A program made the translations under genes and the position numbers. A DNA stretch of 64,000 nucleotides from Dehalococcoidia bacterium (lineage in GTDB: Bacteria; Chloroflexota; Dehalococcoidia; Lucifugimonadales; UBA6952), in assembly GCA_045562575.1 (NCBI GenBank), contig JBJKVQ010000020.1, positions 4,041 through 68,040 of the forward strand, given 5' to 3'. Shown one piece after another: positions 28,202-36,831 of this stretch (the first letter of the stretch is position 1; every line of letters starts with the position of its first letter). The notes below the pieces were generated by a model. That model had not been told where the DNA came from and made no database searches. It saw nothing but the letters and a program-made list of their open reading frames with translations.

Positions 28202-29272
28202 ATGTTAGAAAAATTATCAAAATTTGAACAAAGATTTAGAGAAGTTGAGCTTTTACTTGCTGACCCAGATAATTCAGATAATCCAAAACTTTTGGCAGAA
28301 TTAGGGAAGGAATATTCTCAATTAGAATCAAAATCTAAAACATATCTTAAATATAATGCCTTACTAAAATCCATAACAAGTTTAAATCAAATCATTTCTT
28401 CTGAAGATGATAAAGAACTTGTAGAGCTTGCTAAAGAAGAATTAAATGAAGAATTAATAAAACAAACAAATTTAGAATCCGAAATTCAGTTATTGTTACT
28501 TCCCCAAGATCCGAATGATCAAAGAAACGTTTTCGTAGAAATACGAGCTGCTGCTGGAGGCGATGAAGCAGCATTATTTGCAGGTGATATTTATCGAATG
28601 TATGCTCGCTATTCTCAAATTGCCCATTGGAATATTGAAATAATGTCAATGAACGAAACAGGAATCGGTGGTTACAAAGAAATCGTATTTTCTGTGCAAG
28701 GAGAAAATGTTTACAAAAGACTAAAATACGAAAGTGGAGCTCACAGAGTCCAAAGGGTCCCATCAACTGAATCTTCGGGTAGAATTCATACATCTACAAT
28801 TACTGTTGCTGTACTACCTGAAGCTGAAGATGTTGATGTTGATATTAGTGATAATGATTTGCGAATAGATATTTTCCACGCAGGTGGTCATGGTGGGCAA
28901 AATGTAAATAAGGTAGCAACTGCTGTGAGAATAACTCATTTACCTAGTGGAATTGTTGCAGTATGTCAAGATGAACGGTCTCAAATGAGGAATAAACAAA
29001 AAGCTATGGATGTAATTAAAGCAAGACTTTTAGACAAAGCGACTAGGGAGCAACAGCAAAGCATTAGTAGTGATAGAAAGTCTCAAGTTGGAACAGGTGA
29101 ACGTGCCGAAAAAATACGTACCTATAATTTTCCACAAGATCGCATTACTGATCATAGAATTAACCTTACTATCCACAATATGGAAAATGTTCTAAATGGA
29201 AATTTAGATATCTTGATTGACCCGATTCAAGAAAAAGAAAAAGAAATGTTATTAGAAAATCCAGTAGTTTGA
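28202..29272 (+). CDS. prfA: Peptide chain release factor 1
   Basis: 'RVQRVPSTESSGRIHTS' (PxT-type tripeptide) and 'AGGHGGQNVNKV' (GGQ). Followed by prmC. I chose ATG 28202. Confidence 0.96.
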   Translation: MLEKLSKFEQRFREVELLLADPDNSDNPKLLAELGKEYSQLESKSKTYLKYNALLKSITSLNQIISSEDDKELVELAKEELNEELIKQTNLESEIQLLLLPQDPNDQRNVFVEIRAAAGGDEAALFAGDIYRMYARYSQIAHWNIEIMSMNETGIGGYKEIVFSVQGENVYKRLKYESGAHRVQRVPSTESSGRIHTSTITVAVLPEAEDVDVDISDNDLRIDIFHAGGHGGQNVNKVATAVRITHLPSGIVAVCQDERSQMRNKQKAMDVIKARLLDKATREQQQSISSDRKSQVGTGERAEKIRTYNFPQDRITDHRINLTIHNMENVLNGNLDILIDPIQEKEKEMLLENPVV

Positions 29273-30123
29273 TCACTATAAAAGAAATCTTACTATCCAC
29301 AAGAAATTTGATGAATCAAATCGCTATCCCTGATAGCGATTTAGAGAGTGATCTTCTTGTATCATTTGCTTTAAAAATGTCTCGAACAGAATTACATACG
29401 AATATTGATGCCAATATCTCAATATCTCAACAAGAACAAATTCAACAGTTGGTTAATCGAAGAATTGCTCATGAACCCTTAGCATATATTTTAGGATTTA
29501 GAGAATTTTTTGGAAATTCATTTATAGTTAACGACTCAGTATTAATACCTCGTCAAGAAACTGAGTGTTTAGTAGAAATTATAATAGAATATTTGAACAA
29601 TAAGTCTATCAAAAATCCTACAGTTTTAGATGTCGGATGTGGTAGTGGGATTATTGGTGCAAGTATTTTGCAAAACATTCCTAATATAAATCTTGTTTCA
29701 ATTGATATATCCACTAATGCAGCCAAAATTGCTTATGAGAATATAGAGAGTATAACTAAAGACCGTAATTTTAATGTATGTATAGGTGATTTAGTCAAAG
29801 CAATAAAAGGACCAATAGATTTGATTGCTGCAAATTTACCCTATATACCAACAGAAAGAATTCCAAAATTACAAAAAGAAATAGTACTTTATGAACCCAA
29901 AACAGCATTGGATGGAGGAATTCAAGGTATAGAAGTAATTACCAGATTAATCAATCAAAGTACTAGAATTCTTAAACCTTCTGGGGCTATATTTTTAGAA
30001 ATCGATCCTGAACAAACACATATAATCGGAAACGAATTACACTATTTATACCCAAAACATACTATTAATATTGTACAAGATCTAAGTGGTAAAGAAAGAA
30101 TTTTATCTGTTACTAAATTATAG
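29269..30123 (+). CDS. prmC: Release factor glutamine N5-methyltransferase
   Basis: SAM motif 'VLDVGCGSGIIG' and catalytic 'ANLPYIP' (an NPPY variant). The TTG start overlaps the prfA TGA. Confidence 0.9.
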   Translation: MITIKEILLSTRNLMNQIAIPDSDLESDLLVSFALKMSRTELHTNIDANISISQQEQIQQLVNRRIAHEPLAYILGFREFFGNSFIVNDSVLIPRQETECLVEIIIEYLNNKSIKNPTVLDVGCGSGIIGASILQNIPNINLVSIDISTNAAKIAYENIESITKDRNFNVCIGDLVKAIKGPIDLIAANLPYIPTERIPKLQKEIVLYEPKTALDGGIQGIEVITRLINQSTRILKPSGAIFLEIDPEQTHIIGNELHYLYPKHTINIVQDLSGKERILSVTKL

Positions 30124-31080
30124 TTCGATAGTTATTTTTAAACTATTATCTAATTTAGAACTATATGTTTCGTATGCTTTTTGTACTTCTTCGAATTTAA
30201 GATTATGCGTTACAAGATATGATAAATCTAACCGATTTTGTTCGACTAATTCTATGCATTCACTAACTGCCTGTGGCATATCCCAGGTTCTAGCACTATT
30301 GTGTACTTCAATCACAGGCAACTTTGAAGTCATTTCATCAAAATTTAATTCAAATATATCTTCGTCGTGAGATAAACCAAAAAGTATTGCCTTACCTTGT
30401 TTTTTTATTATTTTCCATATTCCATTAAGTGTTTCAGGTCTCCCTGCAGCCTCAACAACAATATCTGCACCTTCACCATTTGTCAGTTCAGCAACAGCTT
30501 CTTCAAGATTATCTTTATTTGGATTAATAACATGTGTTGCTCCATTATTTTTTGCCACGTCTAGGCGATAATCTAATAAATCAACTCCAATTACTTTTGT
30601 AGCTCCACCCTGAGCTAATATGTTACTAAAACTCAAACCAATGGGCCCTTGTCCAAGTACAACAATTTTTTTGCCAATTACATTTCCGGTTAATTTACAA
30701 GAGTGCATAACAGTACCAACTGGCTGACACATCAACAAAGTGGACATATCTTTTCCATCTGGTAAACGAACTAATCTTTCAGCAGGTTCTGCTAAATATT
30801 CTGCTAATCCATTCCCCCCATCAGGGAAAACAATAACCTTATCTCCGACATTATATTCAGAACTTTTTGTTTCAACGACAACTCCAGCACATTCATGGCA
30901 TGGTTTACCATGTTCTATAGGATACATTTCCTCATCAAATGTTCGATCAAAAATTCGTAAGTCACTACCACATATGGATAATCGCTCCATTTTAACTAAA
31001 ACTTCACCTTCACCAATTTCAGGATCTGGTACTTCAAGAAACTCAAACTGTTGTGGACTTGTTATACGAGCAATTTTCAT
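30118..31080 (-). CDS. Zinc-dependent medium-chain dehydrogenase/reductase (sorbitol/threonine dehydrogenase-like)
   Basis: 'CGSDLRIF', 'GHECAGVV' and the Rossmann motif 'VLGQGPIGL'. Confidence 0.85.
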   Translation of the reverse strand: MKIARITSPQQFEFLEVPDPEIGEGEVLVKMERLSICGSDLRIFDRTFDEEMYPIEHGKPCHECAGVVVETKSSEYNVGDKVIVFPDGGNGLAEYLAEPAERLVRLPDGKDMSTLLMCQPVGTVMHSCKLTGNVIGKKIVVLGQGPIGLSFSNILAQGGATKVIGVDLLDYRLDVAKNNGATHVINPNKDNLEEAVAELTNGEGADIVVEAAGRPETLNGIWKIIKKQGKAILFGLSHDEDIFELNFDEMTSKLPVIEVHNSARTWDMPQAVSECIELVEQNRLDLSYLVTHNLKFEEVQKAYETYSSKLDNSLKITIEL

Positions 31081-31117
31081 ACATCCTCCAGATTCAACTA
31101 CATCAAATAATTAATAT

Positions 31118-31954
31118 TTATAGAACATAATTTTGCTCGATTTCGAACAATTGATCAACCCCCATAATGACGGCTAATTCTTGTCTATAGTTTGTTACAT
31201 CAAAATCAACTGAACCTGTTTCATTAAATTCGACCATACTATCCCTAACAGCTTTGTAAATTACACTTGGTAAGTAATTATTAGGAGATATAACATTAAA
31301 GCCTAGTCCTTCAGCAGTAGAAGCGTCTATACTTTGCCCATTATATGATTTTGGTATTCCAGATAATTCATTTGCATATATTTCAGCATCTTCAGGTGTT
31401 TGAATACCTTCAATCCTTATCATATCTGCTCCTGCTTCATAATATGTTTTTACTCTTTTAATCGTATCTTCCCAACCTGAAACACTTAAAGCATCAGATC
31501 GTCCAATAATCAAGAAATTATCATTTGATCGAGCTTTTACAGCTGCTTCAATTTTTTTTGCATGTTCTTCAATTGATACAACCTGTTTACCTTCGAAATA
31601 TGCACACCTTTTGGGGAAATATTGATCTTCAAAACTAATTCCACTTAATCCTGCAGCCTCAAATTCTTTAACAGTTCTCCAGACATTTAAAGCATTTCCA
31701 TATCCTGTATCACCGTCAGCTGTGACAGGTATATTTACTGATCGTGCTACGTATCCAGCAACATCCAATACTTCATTCATAGTCATTAAGCCAGCATCAG
31801 GATATCCCTTAGACATTGATACCCCACCACCACTTATAGAAATTGCCTTAAAACCTAGATTTTCAGCTATTTTTGCCTGTAGGCAATCATATACTATTGG
31901 TTCTTTTAAAATTTTTTGATCCATAATCAGTTCTTTTAAATTTTTCATTGCCAT
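31118..31954 (-). CDS. Isocitrate lyase/PEP mutase superfamily protein (methylisocitrate lyase / oxaloacetate decarboxylase-like)
   Basis: 'DGDTGYGN' and 'SFEDQYFPKRCAYFEGK', a variant of the K(K/R)CGH lyase motif. It lacks the EDKxxxxxNS signature of true PEP mutase. Confidence 0.8.
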   Translation of the reverse strand: MAMKNLKELIMDQKILKEPIVYDCLQAKIAENLGFKAISISGGGVSMSKGYPDAGLMTMNEVLDVAGYVARSVNIPVTADGDTGYGNALNVWRTVKEFEAAGLSGISFEDQYFPKRCAYFEGKQVVSIEEHAKKIEAAVKARSNDNFLIIGRSDALSVSGWEDTIKRVKTYYEAGADMIRIEGIQTPEDAEIYANELSGIPKSYNGQSIDASTAEGLGFNVISPNNYLPSVIYKAVRDSMVEFNETGSVDFDVTNYRQELAVIMGVDQLFEIEQNYVL

Positions 31955-32063
31955 AATTTCACCCCAATAAGAATAACTTAAAAACTTGCTTCGAAATATA
32001 TAATATTTTATATTTATTATTGGTTACACATTCTACAACATGTTATTGAGCTAAATATACAAA

Positions 32064-32564
32064 ATGAAAGAATTATTGAACATACTAGTCGTTGCTCCAG
32101 AAATACCACCAAACACGGGAAATATTATTCGATTATGCTCTAATTCAGGGTGTAATTTACATTTAATAAAACCTATAGGTTTTAATTTTGATAATAAAAG
32201 TTTAAAAAGAGCTCGACTTGATTATGATCTCAATTGCAACATATCAATTTATGACACATTTGATGAATATATCGAAAAAAATGAACCAATAACCATTTAT
32301 GCAACAAGTACTTCATCTAATACTATGTATAACGATGTCAAATATAATTTGGGAGATACAATCATGTTTGGATCTGAAAGTGTTGGATTATCACCTGAAA
32401 TTTTAAGTAGAATACCTAGTATAAATATCGTAAAAATACCAATGATCCCACAAAATAGAAGTATTAATTTATCTAATGCAGTATCGATCGTTGTCTATGA
32501 AGCATGGAGGCAATTAGATTTTATTGGAAGCTCTACTATTAAACAAAATGAGTATTACAATTAG
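32064..32564 (+). CDS. trmL: tRNA (cytidine/uridine-2'-O)-methyltransferase TrmL (SpoU family)
   Basis: 'NILVVAPEIPPNTGNIIRLCSNSGCNLHLIKPIGF', 'LKRARLDY', 'MFGSESVGL' and 'IPMIPQNRSINLSNAV'. Confidence 0.87.
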   Translation: MKELLNILVVAPEIPPNTGNIIRLCSNSGCNLHLIKPIGFNFDNKSLKRARLDYDLNCNISIYDTFDEYIEKNEPITIYATSTSSNTMYNDVKYNLGDTIMFGSESVGLSPEILSRIPSINIVKIPMIPQNRSINLSNAVSIVVYEAWRQLDFIGSSTIKQNEYYN

Positions 32565-32574
32565 AGAGGAACCC

Positions 32575-32832
32575 ATGAGTGAAATAAAAGGATTAACAAT
32601 TAAAAACCAGGAAGATTTAACTTCTATTGAAGCCTCTTCATCCAATCAACATGGTTTAATTTATATTACCCATGGTGCTCCAAAAAACTGGGTTGCAAAG
32701 CCTGAAGAAATGGTATCTCACACATTAGCAGGGTTTTTTAAAGCCCTAAATTTGATCGATGATTCGAGAATAAAAGACCTTTTTAATGATTACGGTCTAG
32801 TATACAGAGAATTAGAAATTGACAATGAATAA
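32575..32832 (+). CDS. Hypothetical protein (85 aa)
   Basis: ORF with SD GAGAGGAA 5 nt upstream of ATG 32575. No recognisable motif. Confidence 0.4.
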   Translation: MSEIKGLTIKNQEDLTSIEASSSNQHGLIYITHGAPKNWVAKPEEMVSHTLAGFFKALNLIDDSRIKDLFNDYGLVYRELEIDNE

Positions 32833-32837
32833 CATAA

Positions 32838-33206
32838 TTATTCTAAATCAATTAGCTCTTGATTAGGATCAAATGCGTCTAATCCCATTTTGTCCAACAT
32901 AACATTAAATGACTCAGGAATTGCCCCAGACGTATTATAAAAATCATCTACTACACATAATACTAATTTATCCAACATACTCACTATTGGCTCAGTATTA
33001 TCATTTTCTCTAAATTTAACTATAATAGTTTTCGCATGATCAGTAGGAATAAACATGGTACCTTTAATCCAATTCATAAGAAAAATAATATGGTCATTAT
33101 TATCAGGAAGTGAAAGAATAAATGTTTTTACTTCTTCAACGTCTTTGATTCCAAAAAGCTCAAAATAGTTTGCTATTATACTTTGTACACTGAAGTTATC
33201 TTGCAT
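32838..33206 (-). CDS. Hypothetical protein (122 aa, acidic)
   Basis: Clean ORF tightly packed (8 nt) behind the GNAT gene. No recognisable motif. Confidence 0.45.
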   Translation of the reverse strand: MQDNFSVQSIIANYFELFGIKDVEEVKTFILSLPDNNDHIIFLMNWIKGTMFIPTDHAKTIIVKFRENDNTEPIVSMLDKLVLCVVDDFYNTSGAIPESFNVMLDKMGLDAFDPNQELIDLE

Positions 33207-33214
33207 GGCTGACC

Positions 33215-33688
33215 CTATTTAATGATTACTTCTTCAAACATGTCGTAATTTGATTTGAACATACCTAAGTTTTTATAAACTTGTTGGGCAATTTTATTAT
33301 TTACGTCCACATAAAGACGTATTGCATAGACATCCCCATGTACTTGAGCAGAATTACAAACAAACTCATAGAGTGTTTTATAGACACCATGTCTTCTATA
33401 TTCCGGGCTCACATATACACTTTGTATCCACCAGTAATATTTATTATGCCAATCACTCCATTCAGTAGTAAGCAATAACGCACCTACTATTAGATCGTTT
33501 ATAGTTGCAATACAATATCTACCTAAATGAGGATCATCAAATACTGATTGAACTCCTTGTGTAATTTCATTTTTATTTAAGGTAATGTTTTCAGTTTCTA
33601 AAGCCATAGATATATTAAAATCAACAATATTAGAAACGTCATCTTTTAATGCTAAACGTACTTGTGGGATTTCATGTTGATTACTCAT
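33215..33688 (-). CDS. GNAT-family N-acetyltransferase
   Basis: 'IQSVYVSPEYRRHGVYKTLYEFV' (acetyl-CoA binding Q/RxxGxG/A-like) and 'AQQVYKNLGM'. Confidence 0.8.
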   Translation of the reverse strand: MSNQHEIPQVRLALKDDVSNIVDFNISMALETENITLNKNEITQGVQSVFDDPHLGRYCIATINDLIVGALLLTTEWSDWHNKYYWWIQSVYVSPEYRRHGVYKTLYEFVCNSAQVHGDVYAIRLYVDVNNKIAQQVYKNLGMFKSNYDMFEEVIIK

Positions 33689-33971
33689 TATTATTCACAG
33701 TAAAACCAACTGTATCTGCAGCTTCATGACGTATAGCAGCGACTGGAGCATATTCAGGAGAATCTCTAAATGCATTCATTTGTTCAATTGTAGGGAATTC
33801 TAAAATCACAATACGTTTTAAATCCCAGTCAGTATTATCTGCAATAATTTCACCACCCCGAACAAGATACCTACCCCCATATTGTTCAATAATAGCTGGT
33901 ACATGTTTCATATATTCTTCGTACTTATCCCAATCTTTTACATTTATGCTACTAATTGAATAAACTGCCAT
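33681..33971 (-). CDS. DUF1330 (dimeric alpha/beta-barrel) protein
   Basis: 96 aa. 'YEEYMKHVPAIIEQYGGRYLVRGG...IVILEFPTIEQMNAFRDSPEYAPVAAIRHEAA'. Overlaps the GNAT start by 8 nt. Confidence 0.75.
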   Translation of the reverse strand: MAVYSISSINVKDWDKYEEYMKHVPAIIEQYGGRYLVRGGEIIADNTDWDLKRIVILEFPTIEQMNAFRDSPEYAPVAAIRHEAADTVGFTVNNNE

Positions 33972-33983
33972 AATTTTCTCCTT

Positions 33984-34298
33984 TTAGTTTGGTGAGATAT
34001 AAGATCCCATACCAGAAGTTTGTTCACTAACTAAAAAGGTTAGCACATCTTTACCTTTGTTAGTTTCAATTTCAGCATCAAATCTTTGACCTCCTAAAGA
34101 ACCTATAAGTTCATATTTATTCTGAGTATATAATTTGCCCTCATAAAATGATTCTTTTAAGTCTCTTTCCCTCTCCCCTTCAAGATACATCTCAACTGCA
34201 TCTCGCATCACATCAAAAACATCTTCTTGATCTAAATGAGTTGGAGATTTTAAAAATACATATCCCCATCTCATTCCTTTGTGTTCTAACATCTGCAA
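33984..34298 (-). CDS. Hypothetical protein (104 aa)
   Basis: First gene of the co-directional 34298-32838 run. No recognisable motif. Confidence 0.45.
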   Translation of the reverse strand: MQMLEHKGMRWGYVFLKSPTHLDQEDVFDVMRDAVEMYLEGERERDLKESFYEGKLYTQNKYELIGSLGGQRFDAEIETNKGKDVLTFLVSEQTSGMGSYISPN

Positions 34299-34438
34299 AA
34301 CTTTCGATTAATACTAAAAGAAAAATATAAACCTCAATTATTAAACGTGCAATGGTTTTTTAAAATCATATTGATTTACATTTGTTGATGATCTTTTCAT
34401 AATAGTCAGAACCTATATAAATAAAGATAAAAGAACGA

Positions 34439-35242
34439 ATGGAGAAAATTATGGATTTAGAGTTGGATGGAAAACGGGCTTTGATTACTGGAGGCAGTAA
34501 AGGAATAGGAAAGTCCATAGCAATACAGCTATGTCAAGAAGGAGTAAATGTAGCAATCGGTGCAAGAACAAAAGAAACTTTAGACGAGGCTGCAATCGAA
34601 ATTGAAGAATTAACTGGGAAAAAAGTTGTAACCATAGTTGTTGATACTACAGATAAAACAAGTGTTGATAATATGGTTGAAAAAGTGGTCGGAGAATTAG
34701 GAGGAATAGATATTCTTGTAAATAGTGCGGCAATGGTAGGTGGTCAAGTAAGAGGTTCAATTTCTGAGGCTGATGAAAAGGATCTTATAGAAGATCTAGA
34801 TACAAAAGTAGTTGGATATTTTAGATGTATAAAAGCTGTTGTTCCGCATATGCAAAAACAGAAATGGGGAAGAATTATAAGCATCGGTGGAGTGTCTGCG
34901 AGACAATCTACTATCTATGGTTTAAGAAATGCAGCTGTAGTACATATGACTAAGACATTATCTGACCAATTAGGAAGTGATGGAATAACACTTAATGTCT
35001 TACATCCTGGATTAACACAAACACCTGCAATTCGGGAAAGAATGAGTGAAACAGCAAAACAGCAAGGTAAGACATTAGAAGAAGTAGAAGCTGAATCAGC
35101 AAAAAATGTTGCAATTAAAAGAACAATCAAACCTGAAGAATTAGCATTTGTCACTGCAGTATTAGCTTCTCCAAAAGCAGAATGTATCACTGGAGAATCA
35201 ATAGCAGGAGGTGGAGGAGCAATAGGTGCAGTTTTCCAATAA
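34439..35242 (+). CDS. Short-chain dehydrogenase/reductase (classical SDR)
   Basis: 'ALITGGSKGIGKS' (TGxxxGxG), 'NSAA', and a Ser/Tyr-x3-Lys region ('YGLRNAAVVHMTK'). Confidence 0.9.
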   Translation: MEKIMDLELDGKRALITGGSKGIGKSIAIQLCQEGVNVAIGARTKETLDEAAIEIEELTGKKVVTIVVDTTDKTSVDNMVEKVVGELGGIDILVNSAAMVGGQVRGSISEADEKDLIEDLDTKVVGYFRCIKAVVPHMQKQKWGRIISIGGVSARQSTIYGLRNAAVVHMTKTLSDQLGSDGITLNVLHPGLTQTPAIRERMSETAKQQGKTLEEVEAESAKNVAIKRTIKPEELAFVTAVLASPKAECITGESIAGGGGAIGAVFQ

Positions 35243-35260
35243 AATAAAAGGGGGATAACA

Positions 35261-35878
35261 ATGATATATGAAGTACGAACTTATACACTTAAACCTGGAA
35301 GTGTACAGGCTTATGAAGAAAGTTTTGCAGAAGCTCTACCTGAAAGAGTGAAGTTTTCACCATTAGCTGCATTTTGGCATACCGAGATCGGACCGTTGAA
35401 TCAAGTAATTCATGTGTGGCCATACGAAAGTCTAGAAAAGAGAAATGAAATAAGAGCTGAATCAGTAAAGAGTGGGAAATGGCCACCAAAACATAACGAC
35501 CTGATATTAAATATGGAATCAGAGATTTGGTACCCGGCTGATTTTATGCGTCCAGTTGAAGGTGAAACAGAATTAGGAAATATCTATGAAATGAGAATTT
35601 ACACTTATAAACCTGGGAGTATTAATGGGGCATTGAAAATATGGGGAGAGGCAATAGAATATCGAGAAAAATATTCAAAATTAGCATTTGGAATGTATAC
35701 AGATATAGGTGGATTAAATAAATGGATGCATGTATGGCCATATGCTGATATGCAAGATCGTAATGAAACTAGAGCAAAATCAATGCAAGATCCCAATTGG
35801 CCACCTGCAACGCGTGAGTGGATTGTGAAACAAGAAAATAAAATCTTAGTACCAGCATCTTTTTCACCAATGCATTAA
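35261..35878 (+). CDS. Tandem NIPSNAP-domain protein
   Basis: Two repeats: 'IYEVRTYTLKPGS...LNQVIHVWPYESLEKRNEIR' and 'IYEMRIYTYKPGS...LNKWMHVWPYADMQDRNETR'. Confidence 0.82.
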   Translation: MIYEVRTYTLKPGSVQAYEESFAEALPERVKFSPLAAFWHTEIGPLNQVIHVWPYESLEKRNEIRAESVKSGKWPPKHNDLILNMESEIWYPADFMRPVEGETELGNIYEMRIYTYKPGSINGALKIWGEAIEYREKYSKLAFGMYTDIGGLNKWMHVWPYADMQDRNETRAKSMQDPNWPPATREWIVKQENKILVPASFSPMH

Positions 35879-36015
35879 ATAAATAGTAGATATGCAATAA
35901 AGTATATACATAATATGTTTGTATAGCTATAATATATGCAATAGATATATTTAGTAATTGCAATAATAAGGAGCGTGTTATTAGTAAGCAAAAAACTAAT
36001 CTCTCTACCAGAGAA

Positions 36016-36819
36016 ATGCAATTATACATCTTTCCTTGGTTTTCCGAAGCTGAAACTATCAACAGGGTAAGAGACAAAATTTCATACATTCAAAACAAGC
36101 TCCTACAATATGGGAAGCCACTACAAACGCGTCAAATTAGTAATCTGTGGTCAGCATATAAATCACACAAATCTAAAATAGATGTATCCTTAAAGGAATC
36201 AGGATTACCTTGGGCAGACTTATTCATTGACTGGAATGATTCTTCTTCTTTGATGAAATTCCCATATATTAAAACAGAACATCTACCTATGCTACGACAA
36301 ATGTCTGCATGGACACAATCGACATTTAGCAATGAATTTATAATTAATATTACCTATAGAGAAGCTAATTGGTATTCATATCTTCGTACAAATGCCCCTT
36401 CAATTATCAGTGCGGTAGATATGTTTGCAATTGGCGGATTATTTGTTGAAAGGGATCGTCAAAGTAATCTTTCTGGAATCACCATAGATAATAGAGATTT
36501 ACAAGACTTGATAACGTACCAACCATGGCAGGCTAAATATTGGGAAAATCAATATTTATCTATGATACAGCAAAAAATCGTAACTCCTCTAAAAAACCCA
36601 TTAACAGAACTTCAAACAAAACAGCCCCGATGGTTTTCTGAAGCAACTGAAGCATTAACATTTAAACATATGCTAATAGTAGATTTAATATTTGAAATGT
36701 CATGGCAAACAAAAAGAAACCAACCATGGAATCTACCCACAAAGAAGACTGAATTCCCAAAAAAATATAAAATTACTGATGATAAAACAAAAAAAGATCG
36801 AGAAATAATAGTTTTTTAA
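36016..36819 (+). CDS. Hypothetical protein (267 aa, Trp/Gln/Lys-rich, soluble)
   Basis: Long clean ORF with no motif I recognise and no SD next to ATG 36016. Preceded by a 137-nt AT-rich region carrying repeated TGCAAT motifs. Confidence 0.5.
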   Translation: MQLYIFPWFSEAETINRVRDKISYIQNKLLQYGKPLQTRQISNLWSAYKSHKSKIDVSLKESGLPWADLFIDWNDSSSLMKFPYIKTEHLPMLRQMSAWTQSTFSNEFIINITYREANWYSYLRTNAPSIISAVDMFAIGGLFVERDRQSNLSGITIDNRDLQDLITYQPWQAKYWENQYLSMIQQKIVTPLKNPLTELQTKQPRWFSEATEALTFKHMLIVDLIFEMSWQTKRNQPWNLPTKKTEFPKKYKITDDKTKKDREIIVF

Positions 36820-36831
36820 ACTAGGTGATGT

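Noticed and set aside
31118-31954. An ICL/PEP-mutase superfamily gene followed by a dehydrogenase might be a phosphonate biosynthesis cluster.
   Set aside because: The active-site region reads 'EDQYFPKRCAYF', a K(K/R)CGH-type lyase motif variant, and not the EDKxxxxxNS signature of PEP mutase. No phosphonopyruvate decarboxylase is adjacent.
33215-33971. An overlapping 96-aa and 157-aa GNAT gene pair might be a GNAT-type toxin-antitoxin module.
   Set aside because: The upstream protein is a DUF1330 alpha/beta-barrel protein, not an RHH/DUF1778-type antitoxin. The GNAT looks like an ordinary small-molecule acetyltransferase. No DNA-binding motif is visible.
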